Shown here piece by piece: positions 40,118 through 51,987 of a stretch of DNA of 64,000 nt. The stretch's first letter is position 1; each line of letters starts with the position of its first letter. Below the pieces are notes generated by a model. That model was not told the DNA's origin. It made no database searches and saw nothing but the letters and a program-made list of their open reading frames with translations. This DNA is from Cenococcum geophilum. Lineage: Eukaryota. The stretch spans positions 23,808,001 to 23,872,000 of the forward strand of contig CP158635.1 in the NCBI GenBank assembly GCA_050273025.1, read 5' to 3'. The translations under genes were made by a program, and so were the position numbers.

Positions 40118-43100
40118 TATAAGTAGTTACTACTGCCTCCGTATAAAATCTTCTTATTATACCTCTTTAGTCTTACTTATAGATAACTAAAATCGTTTTA
40201 TATTAAACCTACGTTTAAATATAAGCCCTAAAAGCTTCTTAACTTGTAAGATTGCTACATAGGTTAACCCAGCTATTTTATCCTTTTCCTTAACATCTAG
40301 AACTACCTAGTTAAGTATTAGGCCCTAGCTTTTATATATAGTAAGAGCAAAAGCTAAAGTAATTAGAAATTAACGCCGTAAGCAAAAGCCTTTTATATTC
40401 TCCTACTTACAAAGCACAGAAAATATAGGGATAACTTTCTTACCATCCTACTAAGTAAATAGGGTAGGTCTGTTATACCTATCTACGATAATTAGTAGTA
40501 ACTAAGGCTAATCCTTTTTAATATCCGCGTATCCCTTCTATACGACATCTTTAACTATACTAGTAGTACCGTTTACTAAGCCTAGTTTAACCCAGATATT
40601 CTATATTAGTATTACTTTCGCGCCAATATATAGGGCTAGATTCTCTATAGTATCGCACTAATTAGGAGTAACTTTTTACGCACCTACACCAGTATTAACT
40701 AACTTAATAGCCACCACTAGCTATAAAAGGTCGCGAAGCTAAATAGTGTTATACTTACCTATAGCAGCGCGTGTGCTATATAGCTAAATTACGTTATTAA
40801 AGCCCGCAACCTTATTAGTAGATAGGCCCTGCTTATACCTAGTTAAAAGAAGCTTCTAGGTCAATTTACTTATAGAATTACTACGTAGCTCCGCAAGGGC
40901 GGTCCTAAATATAGAGCTCTTAGCGTTATTACCGCCCTACCGCATAACTTAATCTAGGATAGCTGTTTAGTTAATCGCCTTATAGGCTCACTTTTTATAG
41001 CTAGCGAGCTCTAACGGCCTAGCGGGTAGATTGCTGTATAAGGCCGCCTAACCTATAGGGGGAAGCTGATAAAAATTGCCTACTAGCAAGATGTTTAAGC
41101 CTCTAAAATAGTTATTATTACGCGTAGGGTAGATCTAACGGAGGCGGTAATTAATCTAGGCTAGATATACTTGCCTAATTATAGATTTCTTATTAAGGAT
41201 AAGATAGTAAATATCCTTAAAAGCTTATTATAGAGGCGTAAGACTAGTAGTAGGCAATTTCTTAAATAGACGGTTTACCGGCAACCTTAATAGATTGTAT
41301 ATAGTTCTGCCGTTAATACTAAAGGCAGCTACCCTAGTAGGGGCAGCTTAAGCTAATGGCGATGGCTTACTATTAGCCCTTGCTATATTATAGAGTGTAG
41401 TAAAGAGGATAGTAATAAGATGCGATTTGCCAGTTCCTGCCTCTCTATTAATATTAATCCGTAATAGGGGGGGGCTAAGGCCTAGCTTAATCTGCCTGTA
41501 GTAATTAACTATAGCGTTATAAATATAACGCTGGCCTAGTTATAAGGAAGACGGAGTTACTATTTAGGATAGGCGGCTTTATAATAGAGGCTATAACTAT
41601 ACTTTCTGCCAATAAGTCCTCTTATTAAGCTATGGGTACGTACCCCGATATATACCCCAATTATAGTTATAATTAAGCTCCCTATTACTAAGCCTGTTAG
41701 GATCCTTAATCTTAACTCCGTTAGTGTTTTAAACGTAGGTATATAGGGCCTTAAAGGACTAATATAGCTCTAAGTCGTCTGCGAAATCGCCCTTAAACTT
41801 ATTAATATTATTAGTAGTTTCGTAACCTTCCTCTAGTTTCCAATTATAGAAGTAGTTAGGTAAGTACTAATAAGAGTTAACGCAAGCCTAATAGGAAGCC
41901 ATATAATTAGGGGCCCCAAATCTATTAGTATAAGTAGCCACTTCCTTATACTCCCTTTATAGGTAATAAAGAATAAGCTTTACACGGCAGAACTTAGGAT
42001 ACTATAAATAAGAAGGATCGCCCTTATATCACGGAAAGTACGATATAACTTAAGGCCTTGCTCTTAGTTAACGCTTATAAGTAAAGTAATTAAAATAGAG
42101 TAGAAAACTGAGGAAAGTAATATTCTCTACCCTATCTAGGCGGCGCTTATATTTCTTATAGTTAGACAGTCTATACCCTTTTAGTTATCTATTCTTAAGC
42201 TTATATATAGCGCTCTAATCGTCCTCTTAGTAGTAGTCTAAAGTTACTATATTCCTAAAGCCTTTATAAAGGGAAATGTTAAGAAGCAAATGGTAGACCT
42301 CCTACGCTAACTAATCGCGTTTAGTAATAAGCTTGTTTATAAACCTGGCCACTACCAAACTAAAGGCATAAAGGCTGTTAGCGTGCGGCTATACTAATTG
42401 GAGTAGCTCCTAGTAGGAAGTTAACTTCTTCTCTTCCTTGCTGCAATATTTACCTATATAGTTAACTATTACTAATACGCTTGTAGCGGGTAACGTATTA
42501 ATATTCGCTATCTACGCTAATATTATTGCTGCATTATAACTATTAAGAAGCTTATTGTTACGCTACGGACAGAACGTCTAGTAATATAGATTTTAATTCT
42601 TTAATACAGCAGCCTTATTATAGAGAGAGTGTGGAAAATAAAAGCTGCACTCCTTTGCTCTAGTAGAGCCTTTCTTTAATCTTAAGCAGTAAGATTCGGT
42701 GTAATTATAGTACCGTTAAAATCAATTAAGGCAGGTAGTAAGAAGCTTACTAGTATTAAACTATTCTTTATAGCCGAGAGTAGAAGGATATTAAAGATTA
42801 GGAGGTCTAGATTAATTAGGATTTATTATAGATATAAAAGTAGCCCAGTACTTAGTAAAAGCCGCCCTTAATTTACTAGTTGACGGATCTGGCCTTAGGG
42901 CTATTAAACTCCATAAGAAGCCATATATATAGCCGCTACCTTATACCTACCACTTATATTAGAACCAAAAGTCAGTGCTATTAAATAGGTCTATAAGTAC
43001 GTGCTTCCTAAACAGATTAAAGCGGCGATATAGCCAGTAAGCAGTAATATGCAGATTATTATTAAGATTTTAAAAAGCAATCCGGTAACGCTAAGCCTTA

Positions 43101-45140
43101 TTAGCAGCCTTATATTTATTAAATTAAGGCATATAAGAGTGTAGATTATACTAATATAGATTAGCAGCACTAAGTATAAAGAATAGAGACCCGCTTTTAA
43201 TATTTTTAGTATAAGCTATAAGCTTATTTCTCTTCTACCTCTAGTAAGGTCTAGTGCCCTTAAGGTTCCGTACATGCCGTATAATCTTATTTAGTAACTA
43301 GCTACCCCTATTACTATTTATAAGATTACTAAACTTATCTAAAAATAGACTATTTTTATTTAATTAGCTGTAAAGGAAGCGGGTAGCGTTAAGGGCTTAC
43401 TCTCTTATAATCTAATTAAATACGTAGTAGTGAAATAAGGGGTGGTGGCCAAACCGACCGTCCTAATACTTAAGTATATGCTTAGCGTACGTAGCTAGGG
43501 TAACCGTACGGCTTTGTGGTATGTTAAAATCGGCTTTACTATAAGGAAACAGAGTAGGAAAGGCGCCGCGTATAATAAAACTAGCTAATCGCTTAGAGAG
43601 AGGTGTCTATTATATAGTAGGAACCTCTAAGCCCGCTTATAGGTCTTATTAGTATTAAACCTCGCGACTTAAAGGCTTTAATTTATTAAGGTTAGGCACT
43701 AGATTAGGAACTAAAGTATCTAGTATATCGTTATTAAATTCACCGTCCAGTATATTACTGCTAAGCTCGGTAGGTAGAGGATTAATAATAGGAGGACGTT
43801 ATATAGGAGCAGTAGGGTAAGCCGTTAGGCTATTAGAATTAGACTCTGATTTATTAATATAAGGTAGCTAATTTAATATAGAGCTATTTTTGGGTAAGCT
43901 AGTAAGCTAAGTGCTACATATTTTAACGTCGCGATAATTAGGATGATTAACCTTTAGAAAGTAAAGCCACTATACTATAGCAGAGCGCCTTACAGTATAC
44001 CGCTTAGTAAACCGCCGACTTAGGTATTCGCTACCCTCTACTACCGTAGGCCTTACGACCAGTATATTAAGTTTAGTAGGTAGCCGTGGTAGCTACCTTT
44101 AAGTCTTTAGTATGTTCTGGCCAAAGCAGTAGACGTGGCTAGTATAGCAATATTACTGGCCGCGTATACGCATGACTTGTAGATAAACGTATACGCGTGT
44201 AATTAGAAGATCCTCTACCGCGGTAAATATAGGTAGAAAGCCAAGAATAGGCCCCAGATTAAGCCCGTTGCTTTTACTAAATAGGGGAAAAAGGGTTAGA
44301 TATTTAAGGCTATCGGCGTCCTTAATGCAGGCTTTATATATACCTATATTATCACCCTCTATAGTTAGGCCCATTTAGAACCACTACTCCTTATAATAAC
44401 TGCACGTCTCTATATATTCGGCCTATAGTATACTCCTAAACTTCTTAATTTGCTCCTAATTAATAGCTAAAACGGGTAGTGGTATAGCCGTAGTCGGAAC
44501 TTGCTGTGAGGGAGCTTACCATAAGGGAGCTTGCCGTAAGCGAGCTTACTATAAGGAAGCTTGCCGTAAGGGAGCTTACTATAAGGGAGCTTGCCGTAAA
44601 AAAGCTTGCTGTAAGGAAGGTAGTATTAGTGGTAGAGTAGGTATTAGTAGTAGAGTAGGTATAGGAGCTAGTTCTAATAAGGACGTATTTAGGCTATTTA
44701 GAGTGCCTCTTCTACTATACGGAGCTTTATCTATGGTATATAGCAGAGGAGTAGGCGAGTAAGCTTTACCCCGCCGATTAAAAATGCGGTGCTCCTATTA
44801 TATTGCCCTAATTGTCTTCCGCCGTTAAGCCATTTTAGGGGTATCTTAACTATTCTGGCCGTGAGGTAGGAAGGTGTTCTCAGTATTAATTTTAGGTAGA
44901 GTAGTTCGCTGGCGCCTTATAGGACGATTATTAGTAGTAGAACCTAACTCTATAAGAGCTCTTTGCTTAAAGGCCTATAAAAGTAAGTAGAAGTAGAAGT
45001 AATATATAGGGGAAACGTGTCTTTAACCGACACAACTGGTAGAGCTTTAAAAGCTTCTTTAAAGGGCCGTCTTTAATAAAGTTAAGGCGGGGCTTATAGA
45101 CATAACACTTGCTACACTTAATAACAGTAGGATCTGCTAT
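40118..45140 (-). pseudogene. Helitron RepHel: N-terminal Cys motifs, DUF6570-like region, HUH Rep endonuclease, PIF1 helicase
   Basis: VEDLLITRVYVYLQVMRIRGQ*Y.YTSHV (DUF6570-like); FFILSAANLY* (Rep motif 1, ~43170); WF*YKW*V*GSGYIYGFLW (HUH, ~42940); EAGTGKS Walker A ~41430; NF YQLPP; LILAFALTIYKS*G. Confidence 0.93.
44508..44665. repeat. In-frame 15-bp (GGGAGCTTGCCGTAA) and 18-bp tandem repeats within the RepHel N-terminus
   Basis: About 7 units of 15 bp followed by 2-3 units of GGTATTAGTGGTAGAGTA. Confidence 0.85.
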
Positions 45141-45551
45141 ATTTATAATGTATATAGTAGTATTAATAGAGGTGTTAATAAAAAGGAAGGTGTAATACTA
45201 AGATATTTTAATGTTTGTTACGTGGAGTCTGCCACAACTTACTGCCCGCACTTTTTTTCTAGCCAATTAGAAGCCGGCTCTCTAACTAATTAAAAGCTAG
45301 CTTGGCGGGACTTTGAATTCTAGGACCCCCTAACCTAAATATATAGACCACTTATACCTTAGGTTAATAAGTTATATATATCTACATTAGTATATAACTA
45401 TTACACGCCTATATCTAGAATATTACCTTATATTTGCCTTACCTATTCCTACCCTAGCCTTTAACTATTAAGCGCCGCCACGGCCGCCTAGCTGGCCCTA
45501 TTTTCGTTAATATATTAATATATTGCGAGCTATTAGCATTTAAACAAAATA

Positions 45552-46954
45552 TAGTAAAAACTAGTTAGTACGATACGGTTTATACGGTCGAGCGTATTGT
45601 TATACTATTAAACGGACCACCCTATGTCTTACTACCCCGCTAATGTTTTATAAACCTGTTTCTATAACCTAGTTATTACGTACTACCTTATGTATATATA
45701 GTCTCTTTTCTTTATAGATTAATCGACATACGAGTCCTTCTTCTATAATCCTATTTTACGTTTAACAGTTATAAGCCCGGGTTATTTCCCATATACCAAT
45801 TATTTTTTTAATTAGCTGTTCCTACAGGCTCGTGTCCGGGTACTTCAGTTATTAATGTACTCGTAATTACCTTTATACCTACCCAGTCGCTAGTATTATA
45901 CTGTTATTACCCTATTACTTACACCTTACTACTACCTTAGACGCTAGCACCGTACTACTAAGAACCTAAGCTAGCACCTTACTGCTATATTATATCGTCG
46001 CTAGTACTATACTGCTACGTTACCCTAGAGCTAGTACCTTACTACTATAAACCGCGAACCTAATATTGCTGAATAGTATAGGAGGATTTAGATACTAGAT
46101 AGACGATTGCTAGAATAGTATAGGAGGATCTAGGATTAGATAGACGATTACTAGACGGCGTAAGAGTATTTAGGGATATTATGGCTTAGCTAGATATTAG
46201 ATAGACGATTACTAAATAGTATAGAAGGATCTAGGACTAATAGACGATTGCTGAGTAGTATAAAAGGATCTAGGACTAGATAGACGACTACTAGACAGTA
46301 TAGGAGGATCTAAATACTAGTACGGCTGTTAACTAGATAAAGAATAACAATATAGCTGCTGACCTGCGGCCTTATTAATAAGTTGGCCTATATAAGGCCT
46401 TACCAATAAATTAGAGGTTTGGTGGTTAATTATAATTGTAATTAATACTATACCAAGACTAGTGATGTAGCTTTAACCTATAAGAGCTTAAAGTTAGAAG
46501 GGTGTGTTAAATAGACCACCCTATGTCTTACTACCCTGCTAATGTTTTATAAACCTATTTCTATAACCTAGTTATTACGTACTACTTCATATATATATAG
46601 TCTCTTTTCTTCGTAGATTAATTGACATATAAGTCCTTCTTCTATAATCCTATTCTACGTTTAACATATACTAATAGTATTATTATATATAGAGTTACGT
46701 GTTAGGTCAATAAGCAATAAAAAGGGGGGCTTTATACTTAAAAAGGCTTAAGGCGTCTACCTTACCTGCTAAATTAAGCCCCCCCCCTATATAAATTCTC
46801 TACTAGTTATACCGATTTTAGTAGGAGAGACTTAACGATATTATTAAAAGTTAGAATATCGTAATATTACACTAAAAAGGTTTTAATTAAATGGTGTAAA
46901 TCGTAATATAGAGTATATTGTTATAACTAAATATTATATTAATAGTTTTTATTA
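45552..46954 (-). mobile_element. Tigger/pogo-derived MITE (~337 bp net), interrupted by a TRIM
   Basis: TA|TAGTAAAAACTAGTTAGTACGATACGG matches the reverse complement of the right end at 60894; 46800-46954 is an inverted homolog of 46969-47117. Confidence 0.8.
45606..46666 (+). mobile_element. TRIM (miniature non-autonomous Copia-type LTR element, 1061 bp; 162-bp LTRs 45606-45767 and 46505-46666)
   Basis: TSD TATAC; TGTTAAA...TTTAACA ends; PBS-like GTTATAAGCCC; PPT AGAAGGGG; interior is non-coding ~40-bp tandem repeats. Confidence 0.93.
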
Positions 46955-49000
46955 TACTAAATATACTATAGTAAAATCTCCTTAATATAATATAGGGTAT
47001 ATAACAATACCCTTTACATTACGATCTATACCCCTTAATTAAGCCTTTTTAGGTATAATATTATAATAATCTAACTTTTACCTATATTGTTAAGTACCTA
47101 CTATTAATATTAGTATAGGCCTTATAGACCTGCCCTATAAGAGGAGCTCTTACTATACCTGGCCCAAAAAGACCAAAACCAACCAAAAAGAACCCTGAAA
47201 AACACCTAGAAAATCCCCCTAAGATGCATATATTATAGGGGAGGCATATATTAACTGACGGTGGCTTACACTCGTGCGCAACCGCCAGATCTACGCTTAA
47301 TAACGGCCCTCTATAACAAAGATGGGCGAATACCATATTATAAAGCGAAAATACCTCTATTAAGAAGGCATCTAATAAAATATAAAGCCTACTAAACGCG
47401 TCTAGTATCTAGAATTATAGGGGAGTAACTATTAGCTATAACGAACTAATACAGCTAGTAGAATAGCTCCGCTAGTTTAGTAAACCTTAGGCGCCTCTCT
47501 AGCAAACCCTTAATTAAATCCTCTAATAGCTAAGCAAAATTAAAAATAAATAAAACCCCTTCTTACCGGCAAACCGTACCTAAGCTACTATAGCCGCGCT
47601 TTTATAGTATAGGGAACCTACCCCCCTTAAGATAATAACTAAGTATATAATTATAATATAACTAAATATAGAAAAAGCAGAGGGGCTTAGGGGATAATTA
47701 GAAATAAAAGTCCTTATAGAGATTTATAAAGAGGTCTATAATATAGTTATAGTCCAACACCTTAGGAGCGAAGATATTAGAGTTACCCTAAAGGATTAAT
47801 AGGTAAAGAAATAAGCTATAAGGGTAGGGGACAGGCTAGGAGAACGTATTAGTATAAAAGTACTCTGTAAAGACTACCTAATTAAAGTCCTAGCGGTTCC
47901 TATAAGCCTTAGGGTAGAAAAGGGACGCTAGGCGAACAACACAGTAACTATATAAAAGATAGTAAAATATACAGAACGCCTTATATTAGGCCTTAAGATT
48001 ACCTAAATCTAATAGCTTTAATAGGAAAATATAAATTAAGCAAATAATAAAAATAATAAGAGGATATAAGGGTCGCTAGAGACTTACTAAGGAGACGCTA
48101 GTCAAATATATAGCTCCCTTATTGTTAGCACACACATACTAGGAATGTAAAAACTCCTTATCTAAAAAGGAATAACTATAAATGGCCTTATATATAACGT
48201 AAGGCTCTATAACTATAGACTACGCCTGGAATAATACTACTGCTATATATAATAGGGATATACCTAATCCACATACGCAGTATAGGTGTGCTACGGCCAC
48301 TATACAGGCCCCTATAATATAAGACACTATTTAAATTAAGACCAAATAAAATGCGTAAACTGCCACTAAAGCATATATAAGGCGTAGGAGAGAGAAGACT
48401 ATATTAAATATAGAAGGCGGAAGGTAAGGGCTTAATAGCTATAGGAATAACTATACGCTAGGTTATATAAATGGAAACAATAGGCGATAAGCTAGGGGGA
48501 CATAGGTACCTTCCTAGTGTTTCCTACCTTTAGTACTAGGGGGCTAGGCCAGCTATCCCAAGCCTTAATAGGCCAGAAGCGGCGCTATATAATATTACCA
48601 GACTATATAATAATATAAGGGTTATAGGGAATATAAGGGAGAGGACGCCCTATAGGAAGACCCTTATAGACAGCTATAGTAAGCTTAAGATTAGGACAAT
48701 TAAGAATTAGATTTAACGCGGCAAATATAACATTTATAGCCAACCTATAAAGGGTATATAGCCAGCTAGTAAGAACAAGGGAGGAACTAAAGATAATAAC
48801 AGATTTAGATATAAAAGCGCTAGTAGGAACACAAAATATGGGAATAGAAAGCTTTATATAAAATAAGTAGTAACTAGGGTATAAATATAAGAGATAGAAG
48901 TTCTAAACATTTTAGAAAAAGTAGAAATAGAAGAAGTAAGAAATAAAGAAGAGGCAAAGGACCCTCGCTAGGGGTCCGCCACCTATCTATTATATAGTAT

Positions 49001-49232
49001 TGTGGTGGTGGACGCGGTCCCTCTTAGATAGGAAGTTATAATGCTGTCTGTCTATCGGTCGGTCGGTCGGTCAGTCGTCAGTCGTAATCAATTAGTAGGA
49101 AAGCAGTCAGTAAGAAGAAAGGAAAGAATGTATTCTGGTAGGTCGTGCTAGAGAGAAGGAGAGAAGCCAAAGGCTTGATATATACAGGAAAATGCCAAGG
49201 CACTAAGCAGTGGGCCATTTTACCCCACTATA
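49001..49232 (-). mobile_element. 232-bp solo LTR inserted at the start of LINE ORF2
   Basis: TGTGGTGG...CCACTATA ends; 4-bp TSD GTAT; removing it restores the frame SII*YNC; strand inferred from TATA position. Confidence 0.85.
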
Positions 49233-51987
49233 GTATAACTGCGGCAACACAAACCACTATTTTGTAAGGCCTTTTCTAGATAGTCTAGACCTAGAGAAAT
49301 ACTATATCCTTACTATATAAGAGCCGTACTATAATACCTACATATAATTAACATACTACCCCTAAGGATTTTAGCTCCTATATAAACCAAAAGCAGCCAT
49401 ATATATGTGCTTTATAATTAGTAAGGCTATTAGCCTATCCTTATAATTATAGCAGGCAGTTAACCTAGATATTATAGTTATAACAATCCAGATATATAGG
49501 GGACTGGTATAAATTATTAATATATATAACCCTAGGGTTAAAGGGGTCCCATAAATAGAGAATATTATATTAGTAATAAGCTTACTAGAAACTAAAGGCA
49601 TAGAGTCTATCCTATTAGGAAATATAAACCTCTACTACCTACGGTAGGGGGGTATCTATATTGCTGCTAATTAACAGGTAGAGTACCTACTAAGAGCTAT
49701 AGATACCTAGGGCCTTAAGTTAGCCACCCCCCTAGGAGCAACTATATAGCAATAAGGAACCTCTAAAAGTATAATTAACCTTATATTTATAGACAAAGGC
49801 CTCTACTAAAGACTTAAAAGGTATAACCCTAAAGAAGAATAGGCACTCGCTTTAGACTATATCCCTATCCAAATATAGCTAGATTTAAATATTAAAGCGT
49901 AACTAAGTAGTAAAAGATACGTAATAAGGAAGCTTAAAATAGATAGTTTCCTTAATATAGTTAAACAACTACTTTAAGACCTAGAAGAAATCCACCTAAT
50001 TTTAAATAAGCGAGGCTTATTAGCTACCCCTAAGGAAATTAACTAAAGACTAGAAAGGATCTAGGCAGTAATTAAAAATAGGCTAAAAGAGCACTACCCA
50101 GTCTTAAAACTGGGCCCCTATATATAATACGCATAGTCCGCATAATACGCAGTTCTTATTACTAGCTAATAATAAGTAAGGAGGAAATATATAAGTAGCT
50201 ATAACCCTAAAGATAAGAGATAATATAAAGACACGAGAAACTAGTTAAAGAATACCCTAAAGAAAGAAGTAAGAAACAACTAGAGACGGTTTATAAATAA
50301 GTATATTTCTAACCTAAGCCTCCCCTATAATAAGGGCCTTTAGGCTATAGCAAAATAGGTATAAAAAAAAGGTAGGGCGCTTAGCAGAAGATCTATACTT
50401 ACTACCCCTATAAAGAGTAGGGGAATTATAGGCTACTAATAACAATAATAAGAAGGCAAAGATCCTTATAGAAAGGTTCTTCCCCTAACTAGCTCTAGCA
50501 AACCTTAGCGACATTATAGGTAAAACACCAGTAACTCGCCTAAGGGTTAACAGCAATATAATAATAGAGGAAATAGCCAGAACTATTAGCCGCCTTTTAA
50601 ATAATATAGTACTAGGACTAGATAGGATTCTAAATAAGGCCTTAAAAACCTATAGACTATTTATAGCACCCTAGCTTATAGATATAGCTAGGGCATACTT
50701 TATCATAGGCTACTACCCGCAACTTAGAAGATCTATAATAACGGTTATTCTATAGAAAGAAGGAAAAATAGATTACTTAATCCTAGGAAGCTACCGCCCT
50801 ATTGCCTTAGAAAACACCCTTAGTAAGATCTTAAAAAAGGTAATAGCGGACTATATAGTAAACACGGCTAAGGAATATAACCTACTACTACAAAGCTAAA
50901 TAGGGGCAAGAAAAAACCGCTTAACACTATTAGCACTTATACTACTCGCTACTACTATTAAATCCGCATAGGCGATATAAAGGGACTTTATAGTATCAAT
51001 ACTCAGCCTAAATATTAGCGGCGCCTATAATAATATACCCTATAAGCGTCTTCTATATATCCTTAGGGCAAAAGGCTTCCTAAAATAGATTATATAATTT
51101 ATTTAAGGGTTTATAGGTTAGAAAGAAATATTACTAGTTTTTAGCGAATACTAAAGCCCCCCTATCGCAGTTACAACAAAAATACTATAAGAATTACCCC
51201 TCTTACCTATACTCTTCCTTTTCTTTATAAGCAACCTACTTAACTTTTTTAAGGAAGGGGCGACCTAGGGGATAGGCTTTATTAATAATATAAACCTAAT
51301 TATATATGGGCTAATAGCCGTAAAGAATTGCAGAATACTAAAGAAAGCTTATAATACCTATATAGAATAGGTAAGATAATATAAAGTCCAATTTTTACTA
51401 GAGAAATACTAGCTAATCCACTTTATAAGAAAACGCAACTAATCTGTAGATCTTTAGTATATAATTTATATCTAAGGCTTTAGGGGCTAACTAGTTTAGG
51501 GCCTAAGGGTATTAAGAGTATAGGTAGATAGTAAGCTCTAGTAGAGCGTATATATAGCGTAAGCGGCCCGTAAGGGCTAAGTATAGTATATTATATTATC
51601 TAGGATCGTTAATTTTATATAGGGTCTATACTTCTAGAGGTTACGCCTACTATATATAGCAGTTATCTAGCCAACTATAATATATAGGTCTAGTATTTAG
51701 GCTATTAGAGAATTTAAGAAAGGCTTCTCTAAATTACTCCTTAAACCACTTTAAAAGGTCTAAATAGCCTACCTTTAGAGTATAATAGGCGGATATAAGC
51801 AAATGGCTACAGTACTGCTTAAAAAGGAAGCCAATATTCCCCCCCTATAACTATATATTAAAGCCGCTGTAATATAAAGGGCGTAAAATAAACGCAACTC
51901 TAATATTATAAAGTATATTAAAACACGCCTAAATAAACTATAGAGGGACCCTAGGGCGCCCTATAAAAAAATAAACTAATAACCCTA

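Larger units (their letters stand above)
36830..45370 (-). mobile_element. Helitron (Helitron2-like) rolling-circle element, autonomous type, RIP-inactivated; left boundary inferred
   Basis: Contains the RepHel pseudogene; the 5' terminus carries a TAACCTAA...TTAGGTTA hairpin; both ends are shared with 34620-36800. Confidence 0.75.

Noticed and set aside
46733..47057. Separate MITE suggested by TATACTTAAAAAGGCTTAA / TTAAGCCTTTTTAGGTATA
   Set aside because: It overlaps two better-supported Tigger/pogo termini; the inversion is explained by their head-to-head arrangement
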